Shown here piece after piece: positions 37,172 to 49,753 of a stretch of 64,000 nt of DNA. A program made the position numbers and the translations under genes. Location of the stretch: positions 5,952,001 to 6,016,000 of the forward strand of contig JBHGNT010000007.1 of assembly GCA_043228905.1 (NCBI GenBank). The letters run 5' to 3'. The stretch's first letter is position 1; each line of letters opens with the position of its first letter. A model generated the notes under the pieces. The model was not told the DNA's origin and ran no database searches. It saw only the letters and a program-made list of their open reading frames with translations. This DNA is from Azolla caroliniana (Eukaryota; Plantae; Polypodiophyta).

Positions 37172-40100
37172 TCAGGTCTCTTCTTCATTTCCATTAGCAA
37201 TCTGAGCTTCTAATAGTATAGAACTGTGGGCTTCAACTTGATATGTACTATATCTGCCATGAAACGCCCATTACAATTGTCACCCAATTATAAATTCAAA
37301 ACTATCTTCAAGAAAAATCACAGACCTTGATTCTGCATTCACAAGAACTCCACTCTCCTGGAAGAACTGTGGATAAGGTAGACTAGTATCTGCAATTCGG
37401 TACCTAATATAAACAGAAACACTGCAAATTAATATCACATTGTTTTAAAAAAAGCACGGGGTAAATTGTACTTGCAGTCCATGAAACTTCTCTCAGCATG
37501 CCATTTACATGTCATAGCTACCAAAATGCCACCACTTTTTGCATTGCTCCTATTTACATGGTAGTTGTTCAAACGATTTTCAAAGTCATTTACACATTTC
37601 ATGATTCTTAAGGGTTTGAGAACATTAATGCCCTAATCATAGCAACAAAAGAATTCCATTATTTTGTAAGTTTTAGGCAATCCAATGTTGTTTTCTGTGT
37701 TCAAAACTAGGGGAGCTGTTCTAATGTTGCAAATGTTGTTAGTGCTACTACGTTACTCATGTTTTCCAGTTCTACCATGGTAACCTCTCTTCCATTGTTG
37801 CAAACTGATTTCTCTCAAATGTTAAAGAATGTCGCCATTATTCCTGTGACATGTCACTGTCTCGTACAATTGATGGGTTTTCATGTTAGAAAAAGTCTCT
37901 CAGGTGCAAATAGCTGAATTTTAATGAGATAAAAAAGAGTTCTCACCACTTCATGCCTGGAGGAGATTCAGGAAGGGACACCAAAGCTACAGTCTCCCCT
38001 GAATTGAACCCCACATAAATGTCTCCTACACCATCTTTACTAGCAATCTCGGAGCGAATGCTCACTCCAATGTATGTGCTATGAGCAAAAGAGAATATGT
38101 GATATTCCACAACCAATCATCATTGAAAAGTATTGATAATAGCATCATTACCTCTCTTCATCATCCCAATCAGGTTGATTGGCTGAAAGTCCATACCACT
38201 GAATGTTCTCTAGCTTGATAAATGTTTTTTGCTACATGAAGTACGATTATCAAACAACTTTTTATCCAAACACAAGCACCCAATCAAAATTATGTAAAAA
38301 GATGGATAAATACCTGAAAGAGATCATGGCGTCGGGATCGGAAGGCTGATAAAGACCTAATGAGATGACTGATTTGTCTTCCAAAGTCCAGATTCAGTGC
38401 ATCCCAATTGAACAACTTCCTAAATGTACCATATGCAGCAAGCCCATAAATCAATAATAACTCTAAAAACACATAAGTATGCGCTTATTGAATTTAGATC
38501 AAGTTTTTTTTTTACCTCTTATGTATCGAGACTGAACCACCTTTAGAGACACCATACTCATCACCCATGTTTAAAACAGGGATCCCTTGAGACAGAAAAA
38601 GACACATCAAAAAATTCCGAACCTACATATAAAGCACATGGATCTATTTAAAGGAAAAGAATTATAATCCATAATACTTCAATTTTATAATTATAATTTT
38701 TGTGTGAGCTAGGATATTTAAAATCCAAGTCTAAAAGAAATCAACCTTCAAACAGAATTTAAATGATGATTCCATACACTACAAACCTGTTTTAGACGGA
38801 TATTCAAGACTACTTGATTTAAAGTGGGCCCTTCTTCACCACAATTCCAACTGCAAAATAATACAGCACTTTCTGTTAATAGGTTACCAAGCCCTAGATC
38901 ACAAACAATGACAATTAATAATGCATATATCAAGTGAAGGTGATTTCGTACAAACCTCCTTTCATTTTGATTCTTGACATTTTCACTGTGGATCAAGTAA
39001 TTTAAGTCAAACTTTATCCTCTCTCTCTCTCTTTCTCTCTCTCAGCCTGCCTTGTTATATTAAGATAACATATAGTGCAACCAATGCAGAGGGCCTGAAT
39101 TGATATCCAGCTGTTTCAAAACTAGCAGTCAAAACTGCTGCATCCATTATAAAAGTATCAGGCCAAGGAAGAGAGGAAAAGGCTTGAGATAGAGTAAACT
39201 AGGTGAAAGAATCTAAAGCTTCACAAGGCCTACCTGTGAGAAGAGTAATTGGATTAAGTGGCATATACTGGAATTTAGAAAAAAATAAATGAAATGGTTT
39301 CTCCTATTCACATTAAATCTATAATAACAGCATCATCTTTACAACAACTATTTTCTGTAATGTTTTTTGTTTTTCGATGTTGATTATTTTTGCTAGCCAT
39401 ATTTTGAAATGGTTGACATTTTCAAGATTTTACATTCTTTATAGACTAAAAAGGAATAAAAATGGTCATACAAGAAATTCATGTTAAGGATATAAGGCAA
39501 TATTGCTGACTCTCTTCGTCATGGAAGAATACCTGTAGCTAACTAGATCCACCAGTGTCAAACTATATGGACTGGTAATATGATTGAAAGAGAAACTAGG
39601 TCCTCTTCCATCTGCCATGATATCACCACTACAAATAGTAAAACGTAATATGTTTAAATGCCATCATTCCATTGCTCATATGATAAAAAGAACAATAAAT
39701 TGAAATATACCTGCCACACAATCTTGTCGCAAAGTTGCTAAGCAGCCCCTTATCACATCTTAGAAACTGACGAACATCATCACGATACTTATTATTCCAC
39801 AGACACCATCTTTTCCAATGTGGAAATCTCAGTTCCTGGTTAATGCAAATTTTAATGTATGTTGCAGATGCCAAAGTGCGTCACCGTAGAGATGATGTAA
39901 ATTTTATCTAGATCCATGTGAAGAGATCAATCAAAACCTACTCCTTAGGGACATAGATAATCATATACATTATGCAGAAATAAAGAAAGATATAATGAGA
40001 GAAAATCTTAAAATGTTGTCTCATCTTTGAGAACAAACCAAAATAAATGTAACTAGATTCATATGCCTAAGGTACATGATATTCTCATTATCTAAGCACT

Positions 40101-43100
40101 TCATATTCTAAGCTTAGATCTGCCTTTGGAAGATCTCCAACATGGGTTGATCCAAGATGAAGAGATCTCTTAAGTGATGAAAAACCTCTAGCGTCAAGTA
40201 ATAATGGCCTTGATTTGTTAGGGTGACAGGGTCATGGTTCAGATGGACATGACCTACATGCACCACAAATTGCTCTTGTTGTGGCTACCCAATGAGCTCC
40301 CATCATGGGACTTTGAGAAGGCCTTCCTCGAGGGTACCAAGAAGAGATTAGCTTCTCCTCCACCTGGAATACAGGTTTTTTACGCTTTATTCTTGAGCCC
40401 ACGCCCACAACATGATGTTACTACCTACGTGAAATGGGAGACGGTGAGCTTTTCTGTATATCAACTGTGTAGCAAGGTTGAGCCATCTCACTTTTGTTGA
40501 TTTTTTTTTTTGCGTAGGAGAATATTTCTTTCCCACAAGCATGAGACATTGGCATTAGAGGATTTTGCATGGCTACTCACAAGAAGACCTTCATAAATGG
40601 GATAATTAGATTCTAGGAGACTCTCAACATTTTGTGGCATGCCTCCTAGAGTAGCAAAATCTTGAAAGGCGAATTCTAGATTACAGCTGAAAACACACAC
40701 TCAACTACATGCTATTAGCAGTAACTAAATACAGACACGTGCCCATGAAGCTACAAAAATATAATCAATGTGATGCTTCATTAATCGGGTAAAAGAAAAA
40801 AGAGTTCCAATTAAGAGGTGATGAAGCATATGTAGAAAGAAAGAAAAATTATGTATTGTCTCGAAAGAGGCCAAAATGGCCTATGGTACCTGAACTATTA
40901 CAATCATAATATCTCATCAAAACTCTGTGAATCAAACTATAAACTACAATATTATTTTAAAGTAAATGAAAAAGCTACTCTGTAATAGTTGAATAACTCT
41001 GTTCCATCAAAAGATCGTGAAGGGAGATCCAAATGTGGGTGATGATGGATTGGATCTGCTTTGAAAATCTCTTTAGCTAGCTTACGAGTCACACCTCAAC
41101 CTCGTTTGGTATTACCAATTCCTGTAATAGAGGAACTTGATAATGGCATAGTGGTTTAAAGGCTTGGAGGACTGACAAATTCTGTGACACCTCTGTGTAG
41201 AGCCCATTATCTGTTATTGTAGTCGTAATTCTCAGTATCTGCAGAACTCTAATAGGAATAGAGAGTTGGATGACAACAGAGAGAGCAAGATATGAAGGGG
41301 AGTAGAGTATATAAAGGACATATTTGAGGATTAAGATGGAGTTCAATGTTTGGTTGCATTTAGTTCTTCTGCCTTTAAGCAGATTCTCACTAGAAACAGA
41401 AATGTTGTCTTTTAAACGCATTCTCTGGAATGTGGATGTCTGCACTATGTTGTTAACCATCCTAACTTATGAGGAAAAGATGTTTTCTCAAACGATGGCA
41501 GTAGATACACAAACTAACCCATACCTTGGTAACACTTGTAAAGGGAGAAGTAAGATCCGCAAAAAGTTTGCAGCTTGAAAGAACTGGATCAAATGATATT
41601 TCCTCTACAAGCAGTGGTCTGCTCAATTCCTCACCGTGAGGGCCTTTTGTTAGTGCCGACGCATTCACAAAACAAAATCCATCAACGTGATACTCCATTA
41701 CCCAATGTCGAAGGCTATCTAATATCTGTTGTAGAACGAGGAAAGGTAAAGACATCAGTTTCTCAAATTGCAATCTTTTTCACATATATCTGACATGCTC
41801 AGGTATTAATCTGCAAACCAGGGTTTGCACAACAGGATGATTACAGTTGAAGCAGTTGGTGGTTCCCTGTTCAGATGCTGCAAACCTGAAAGGACATACC
41901 CTTTTAACTTAGGTTACAGAAATTGAGCTGAATTTAAATGAAATTAAGAATTATACATCATAGAGAAAACCATCACAAAACAAATAATTGGCGAAAACAC
42001 ATAAAGAAATAATACACCCCATATTATATACATTTGCATTCATTTACGTATGAACTTCACTCCACATATAGCAGATAACAAGTAAATAGGTGAAAGATGC
42101 ACTAACCTTCCATTCGTATCTAATATATAGTATGTTGCATTATCAATCCCACGGAAGGATATGGTCTCAGGGGCTTCATCATTATTCTCACAAGTATGGG
42201 TAAATATTACATCAAGAATAACCTGTCTCCAGAGTTAAAAACAAAACATCCCACCAAATAAAAGAAAGAAATTATCTTCTGAATTGGATTCTGATCGTCT
42301 GAGAAAGAATAGTGATAAATTGATTAAAAGCCCAAGGCAAATAGTCTGGACTAAACTACATTTTTTATAAATACCTCAATGCCATTCTTATGGAGTTCTT
42401 TAACTGCTTCCTTCAGGGACATGCTAGATGAAAAACTGGTTCGCAAAGGCCCATGGATATCCATTGGTACAAAAAAGCTGGAAATTTGCGGCAAAATACA
42501 GTTTTCAAAAATGCTATTCAATATTCAGTTTACTAGACAAGCAAATTTACTGCTGTTATTCATAATTTTAAGCCACATGCAAGAAAAATGAGTGCAAACA
42601 TGATTGAAAATAACCAGCACAACAAAGAGTAGACTCCAAAACATTAGAATTTCTGAAACAGGATTTGAAAACTGAATGAAGGTGTAGAACAAAAAAACTT
42701 AGACAATTTATTCAATGATCTGAAAAACCTTATGTGAAACATGGAGCTTTCATATTTATACACGACCTGAACTCAACATACCTGAATGGGTAATAAGGGC
42801 CCTGTTTTGGCTCAAAAGAGAATATTGGCTGCAGAATAACAGTATTCACACCTAGCAATGAATCAACAATTACATAATAACCAAAATTTGGTAGACATAT
42901 TACATATATTTCCAATTACTTATAGGAGATACAAGCCACCACAATAGGTCAACCTACCTAATGATTTGAAATGTTGAACTTTTTCACTTAGACCCTGAAA
43001 CGTTCCCAATAGACTTTCTTCCAGACCACTAGATTTATCTGCTGTAAAACCAGTGACATCAACTCGGTACGCAACAACTTCTTCTAGGGGGATGCTGAAA

Positions 43101-46100
43101 TTTGTATAGTACACAATTCAGCAATGGCCTTAATTTAAATCATTCATATAACTACCTAAATTGCCCAGAATTCGAAGTATTTAATGACATACCTTGGAGG
43201 GATATCATCATCCCAATCAAAATATATCTCGTTTTTTGGCAATAAACCCAATACTTTGGCAGGGCAAGGAAGGTTATCTACAAGAAAAGATAATAAACAG
43301 ATGTCATAATCAATCTCATGTTGCAGCTGAAGAGTCCACCAAGATCTGTCACTTGCCTTGTCCAGGTAGGAATGTGGCCACAGCTTTTGCATATGGATCA
43401 ACAAGAATCCTTCGTGGATGAAATCGAGATCCTTTCTCCCATGAACTATCACCCTGAAATAAATTATAATTGTAGCAATACTAAATATAAAATACATTCA
43501 ATAATCAAGCAGTACAATCTCTTGCACCAACATTGGTGTAATTGATCTACTAAAATTTTAACTTACATTTATGAAGAAACTTTCTGAATTTACAAACTAT
43601 CAAAAATATTAGTATTGAGGGTTGCATGCTTACATTGCAACGATATCCATAACGATCAAACATTTCAATTTCATCCACCTCTATGTGCCATGTATTCCCC
43701 GTTTTATTGATGGAGCTCTGCAATTGTAGTTCCACCTGAATTAAGAACAGATTGCTCTATTTACATTTCTCATATATTAAATTTTGAATAAATTTCTAGA
43801 TTCCTTCCAACTATGTCAACGCTTTTTAATACTTTTCCAAATCTTTCATGATATAAAAAACTTACTGAAGGCTGAATACTCCCAGGATTGTACAAACATA
43901 AGGACACATCTGTAGCAGATTTTGAGAAAATTGCAAAATTTATAGATCCATTACTTCGCAACACAGTTCCCAAAGGGTTTGGCTGTCCTCTTCCACAACC
44001 CACTGGGAAAACAAAATCTGTTGCATTCCTGTAATAATTTGGTCATGAATAAGGTCTGATATAATACACATTAATGCATATGAAGACATCAACCAACAGC
44101 ATTTTGAATAACCTTCCCCATGTGCCTTCGGGAGAAGAACTTGATCCTTGAGAAAGTGAGAAGCCAATGTAAAGAGGAGCTAATTTTGATTGCAGATCAA
44201 AAGTTAGCGTGTATACGCCTGATTTGGTTTTCTTAAATGCATTCTGAAATGATTCACCTCTGCAGGAAAGAAAAACGTTTAAACACTATTTAAACTATAG
44301 ACATAGAAATCCATCTAATTGTCTTACATGACTGAGGTGTCTGGAGGTATATCCTGCAAATCAAAGACATTGCAGCCACTAGACTGTGACTGAAAGGACA
44401 TCTATATCAGAAGAAAAGAAACGAAAATTAAGAGTTCTAAACAAAATGTGAACACCTTAAAACTGTTCACGTACAAAATCAGCAAGTAATATACTTTGCA
44501 TTCAGATGTAATCACAGATTTCCCGTAATTAATATAATGTTTTTAAAGGGATTGAATATTGTTGTAACAATTAGCATAATATCTATGATTTTTATATGCA
44601 TTATGAATTCACAATTTCAGATTTTGGATTGCTGAGATTGTATATAATTCAAATGAGTCTAAAGTATTGGTGAGCCATTTGAATTATATACAATCTCAGC
44701 AATCCAAAAGCTGAAATTGTGAATTCATAATGCATATAAATTCATTTGAATCTATGGTTTTTATATGTACTATGAATTCACAATTTCAGCTTTTGGATTG
44801 CTGCCAAAGTCTCAGGAAGTATTGGTTCTATTGGACATTCTCTGAAGTTTTTTATTTAAGATTGAATGCCACTTCTGTGTTTCAGTGTTCTGGTAACTGA
44901 TGCACACTAGTTTCAATTGTTCCATTGTCATGATTATTGCTGCATTCTTAAAATATCATCATGCATATGGGCAGATTGGTACATGTTATTTCATCATTTT
45001 AAATATTATAATATTCATCACCTTTCCCCTTCTAGAAGATACTACAAACCCCATAAACAGATATCAGCATTCAGTTGGTAGCATAATATTTCATATTCCA
45101 TTAAATGATGTCCACAGGACATATATATTGTACATCTACTTTACTCATTTTTCAGATGTTATTGAGTTAACTTTATTTTCTTTATGGAACAGGAAGTGAT
45201 CAACTCAATCAAATTTGCTTACCCAATGCATGTACAAAGTTCCCCTTTCATGCAGGGGGGAGATTGTTATGCATACGTTGTAGCAGTTGAGACCTTTAGT
45301 CACTGTTACTAGTATCTGCAGATAATTGATAAAGTACTGGTTATAATGTAAAAAATTGTGAATGTTATCATATTAACAGCTTTGGCGGTATTGTGCATCA
45401 AAAGATGGAACTGCAGTACATTTTAATTTTTGGCCAAAAATAGAAATATTGTAACAAGGTTTGGTATTTTAATAATTATTTACAGTCCATTACCCACACT
45501 CACTGCACTTTCAGTTTGGCTCATTTGATGTGATCTTCAAGGTCTTTGTGACTGTTCAAACTTAGCACATAATGACATGCAATGATCCTATTCGAGGACC
45601 CATAAATCAACAGTAATATAGTAAAAAACAGGTTACATTCCACGTTTCAAGTTCTAGAAGAATGCCTTTATAGATGATAAGACGTTATAGATGGGAATGA
45701 AACAACATTACCTCATCACCATCCTCTTCATAGAATCGGTACTTTTTACTTGTTCTATCAATTACTCTAAGTGGAGCTTCTCTCTGTTTAGTACCTGTAT
45801 TTTGAACATCCTGACAAGCAAACAAGAGGTGGTAAGACTTCCAGAAGATCCCAATAAAATGTTCATGTGCTAAAAAGCATCCTTCGGGAACCATAAGACA
45901 GAAGCATTGCACCTTAGCACATCCTCAAGAAGTATTCTCTCTGATATAGAAACTGTGGCCAACTAAGGAAGCCTCTTTCAAGAATAAAAATGTCTTTAAA
46001 AAAAGAAACACTGAAAGAATGAAAGAAAGTAAGATTCTTCATGGCTAGACAACAGAATGGATCCCTCTTCTGCAGAGATGCTAAGCCATTGTAACATGAG

Positions 46101-47113
46101 AGTAATTTAAGTGGAGTGGTATGATAAATGAGCTGTGCCCAAATATGTCCATGTGAGTGCCAAAACAATGGTAAAGGTTTGAGCACCATTTATTGGCATG
46201 CGTACATACATGAATCCATATATGAGTACATACATACATATATGCATTATACATGCCTGCATCAATCCATTCATCTATACCTATCGAGTGGAGAAAAGCT
46301 ACATACGTACATTGTGAATATTTATCCATCAATATTTATTATGAATGGAAAAGCTACATACTTCACATAGACAGTACTATTGAATTTGAGGCATAAATTA
46401 CAGAATTAATTATGCCTAATCTCTTGGGTTTTTCTTGGCATCCACGACATGACATAGGCATAAATACATGCAAGCATAGATATGAAAAAAGGAAGTAAAA
46501 ACTACATACTATTGAATTTGAGGAAAAGCTACATACTTCACATAGACAATACTATTGAATTTGAGGCATAAATTACATAATTAATTATGCCTAATCTCTT
46601 GGGTTTTTCTTGGCATCCACGACATGATATAGGCATGCATACATGCAAGCATAGATATGAAAAAAGGAAGTAAAAACGTACAATGATAGACTCTGATGAT
46701 GCCGAAGCATGTGCACATGTAATACGCTGAGGATGTAACCGAGAGGTGGCACATTGTGCAGGAACCTATATGATCACCACGGTTAAATTGTCAGTGACGA
46801 CCCTGGTAGCAATTGAATACAGGAAGGAAATCGATATGAATCAGTGCAAAGGAACCACAACCGTCTGATCCAAAGTCTGGAGATGGAGACTGCAGAGTTT
46901 CGATGCAATACATCTCTTGTGTCGTCTATCCACTCTAACCTGAGCCGGCCAGCATCTAAAATTACATGAACAAAAGAAGAAAAAAAACACAAAAGTTACG
47001 AATACACACACATGTATATGAATCAGCTAGCAATGGTGCACTTTGATGAGGAGGAGGAGGAGATGGAGGAACCTGTTCAAGTTGCAGCAGCAAAGAAGAG
47101 CCACGTCCACCAT
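37172..47113 (-). CDS. ISA2: Isoamylase 2 (non-catalytic subunit, GH13), ~25 exons; 5' exons and start codon tentative
   Basis: Exons encode [115 protein letters not shown], ending [15 protein letters not shown] at 37172. GFCF and PHWKRW are ISA2-type signatures. Confidence 0.9.
40010..40620 (-). mobile_element. Intronic LINE-like remnant; shares sequence with 61430-62400
   Basis: aaatgttgtctcatctttgag..acaaaccaaaataaatg is present at ~40012 and ~61478; decayed coding-like sequence follows both. Confidence 0.45.
44581..44803. repeat. Inverted repeat (65-bp arms, 20-nt loop) plus a third direct copy, in an ISA2 intron
   Basis: 44591-44655 is the reverse complement of 44676-44740 with one mismatch; 44750-44803 repeats 44581-44634. 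Confidence 0.9.
46348..46677. repeat. ~175 bp tandem duplication in an ISA2 5' intron
   Basis: gaaaagctacatacttcacatagaca..aaaaaaggaagtaaaaac occurs twice. Confidence 0.9.
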
Positions 47114-48299
47114 CGCTAATGATGGTGATGCTCCGATCCTCTGTAGTTTCCAGAGATTAGCCTGACATGAACCCTGTCTTCTTCATCATCATCATCATCA
47201 TTGGCACCATGGGCATGGGGATGGGCATGGCCATGGCCATGGGAAAAGAGGAAGGGGGGGGGATTGGGTGTCCACAGTCCAACCCAATCCTTCCTTTACC
47301 TCTTCTTCTCTCTTTCTCCTCTAATGAAATCTCACCGGCCATCCGTCGGATATATCCATCCCATTCTGTCGCCGCTTTTCTCTTGTCCGGCGGCCATCTC
47401 CGAACTATTTCTCAATTGAGCCGTGGTGCCCAATAGAGGTCTCAACTCAGGATTTCTTCCCGGTCAGAATGTCGAAGTGCTTCTCAGCTAGTTGGTACCG
47501 TAGGTGGTTTCTATTCCAATTTAGTTATACTTATTCTGGTTTGCTCCTCGCAAAGATGAAGATGACATTTTATGGCGTAGTCTCTCTGTAAGTGAGTTAA
47601 CCTATGTTTCTTTGCTTGGTCTCACGAGCCATTTTGATCTTTTGAAAGGAGTTCATATAGCTTCCTTTCTTCTATCCACATTCATTGTTGGCCGAGAACT
47701 CTCATCTTATGTCCATTTTCTTAAGGCCCAAGTGTTTAGACTCCATTTAACCATTCATGCAACTAAAATATATTACTTATAAAAGAGGCTTTATGGTTGA
47801 AGTTATCACAAAATGAATTTTACCTCTTATAGCTATTTTAAATTGTTCTCGTAAGCATATGCAAATGGCACTACTTAAGTAGACAGATTTATCCAAGTTG
47901 CGAGAATAATATGATCCGCCAACGTTCTTTAACATGCATACAATCTCCATGTCTATAAAAATAATTATTGTCATGTTTCAACTCAAATATCAAGAACTAC
48001 ACACTTTTTGGGTCGTCGCAACCCTAGGCTTGCAGTTCTACATAGGGATAGAACCATAGGTTATACACTAGTAGCTCGTATGTTGATTAATCAGTAAATA
48101 TGAAAGTATTCAATTTTGAACCACATTCAATTAATTAAAAGATGACATTAGATAAGTGCTATCCCCCATGGTGGAGCTTTGCTAACCAACAAGACATTAT
48201 CGTTTTTACGAATAGATCAAACTAATGATGTTATTGAAAAATAAACAACTGAGGACATTGTTCCTTCTTACCACCTCCGAAGTAAAGGATTTTAGATTA

Positions 48300-49240
48300 T
48301 CCCTAAACTCCAATAATGTCTCAAACCACTAATATGATCTAAAGATGTAACACTGGTTTCATTAGACAAAGATGATAGGTGCATTGAAACAAGAGCTTTG
48401 CCAAACCACCAAAGTCTTAAACAACTTACAAGGCTTATAAGATAAATCCTCAAGAGTCACAAGTTGAATGGTAGAGTTCTTTTAAACAACTTACATGAAG
48501 TGGGGGATGAACTTGACACCTTGTGGAAGATCAAGTTGATAAGTCTTTGAACATATGTGTCTAATGATAGTAACGGGTCCAAATAATGAGGAACTAATTT
48601 AATATAGTTCCTATAGATAAAGTTGTTGAATTTCTAGGCACGTGTAAAAACACATTTATCATGATGCTGAACAAATGAGGTTGCTTATTGTGATTGGCAC
48701 AAAAGCATGCTATGTCTTGAGTTGCTTTAATATTTTTTCTTGTAAAATGTAGCATATCTTGTATATCCAAGGAAGTTTTGTTTACTCTCTAATTCAATAC
48801 AATGAATATTTACATCGTTTGGGGCACATGGTTGAAAAGTATTTATCAACATAAAAGGACTATCCATATCCAACAACTCCTATTTAGAGCTATTGTAAGC
48901 AAATTCAAGTAAAGGAATATATTGTTCCCATTTACTTGGTTTTTCGGCTACTTAAGCTTGAAGCATGTCCTCAATTATTTTGTTAACTTGTTTAGTTTGT
49001 CTATCTGATTGAGGATGATCAAATGAAATCATGCTCAAATTAGTTTTGAGATTTTTAAAGAGCCGAGTCCAAAATACGCTAGAAAATTTAGAGTCTCTAT
49101 CAATAACTATATCCTCTGGTAACTCATAGAAATGAAATAGTTCATCAATGAATTGATAAGCCAATTCTTGAGTTATTATTGTAGTATTGGTAGGAATAAA
49201 CTTGACCATTTTTGTAGTCAATCAACTACAACCCAAATGC
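48300..49240 (-). mobile_element. Degenerate Gypsy integrase fragment
   Basis: TKMVKFIP..LPEDIVIDRDSKFSSVFW..HPQSDRQTKQVNKIIEDML, an integrase core. Confidence 0.8.
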
Positions 49241-49753
49241 TTCTTTGAGTTAGAAGTAAACTAGTCTGATTCATCCAACATTAAAAGCATTTCCCTACAT
49301 AGCCTTGATTTTCACGATGCATTTTTTGCCAATAAAAACTGAGAAGAGACAAGAGTGAGTGTTATATGTAATCCAAGGTGTGCCTTGATGAGGTGCATCA
49401 TGGCATTCAAAAACAATTTTCTTTTTGACCTTAAGCAAATCTAAAAGACAAACCTCTCTGATTCTCTAATTTATCTCAAACTCTCTTTGTTTCTCCAATT
49501 TTTTGGAGATACCTACAAATGAGAGCTTAGGGGTATATAGGATTCAAAGAACATGGCAAGAAATTAGGAAATGATTATTCACTTCCATTAACAAGTGCCT
49601 AACTTAAAGCACATCTTATTTTTAGCCAAAAATGGTTATGCACCTCCATTGACAATTGCCTAAGTTAGGCACTTCTTACTTTTAACCGAAAAAATGATTG
49701 GGACTTGTGGACATTTTCTGTGTAGGCTATTTCCATTGTTAGTATCATAACTC

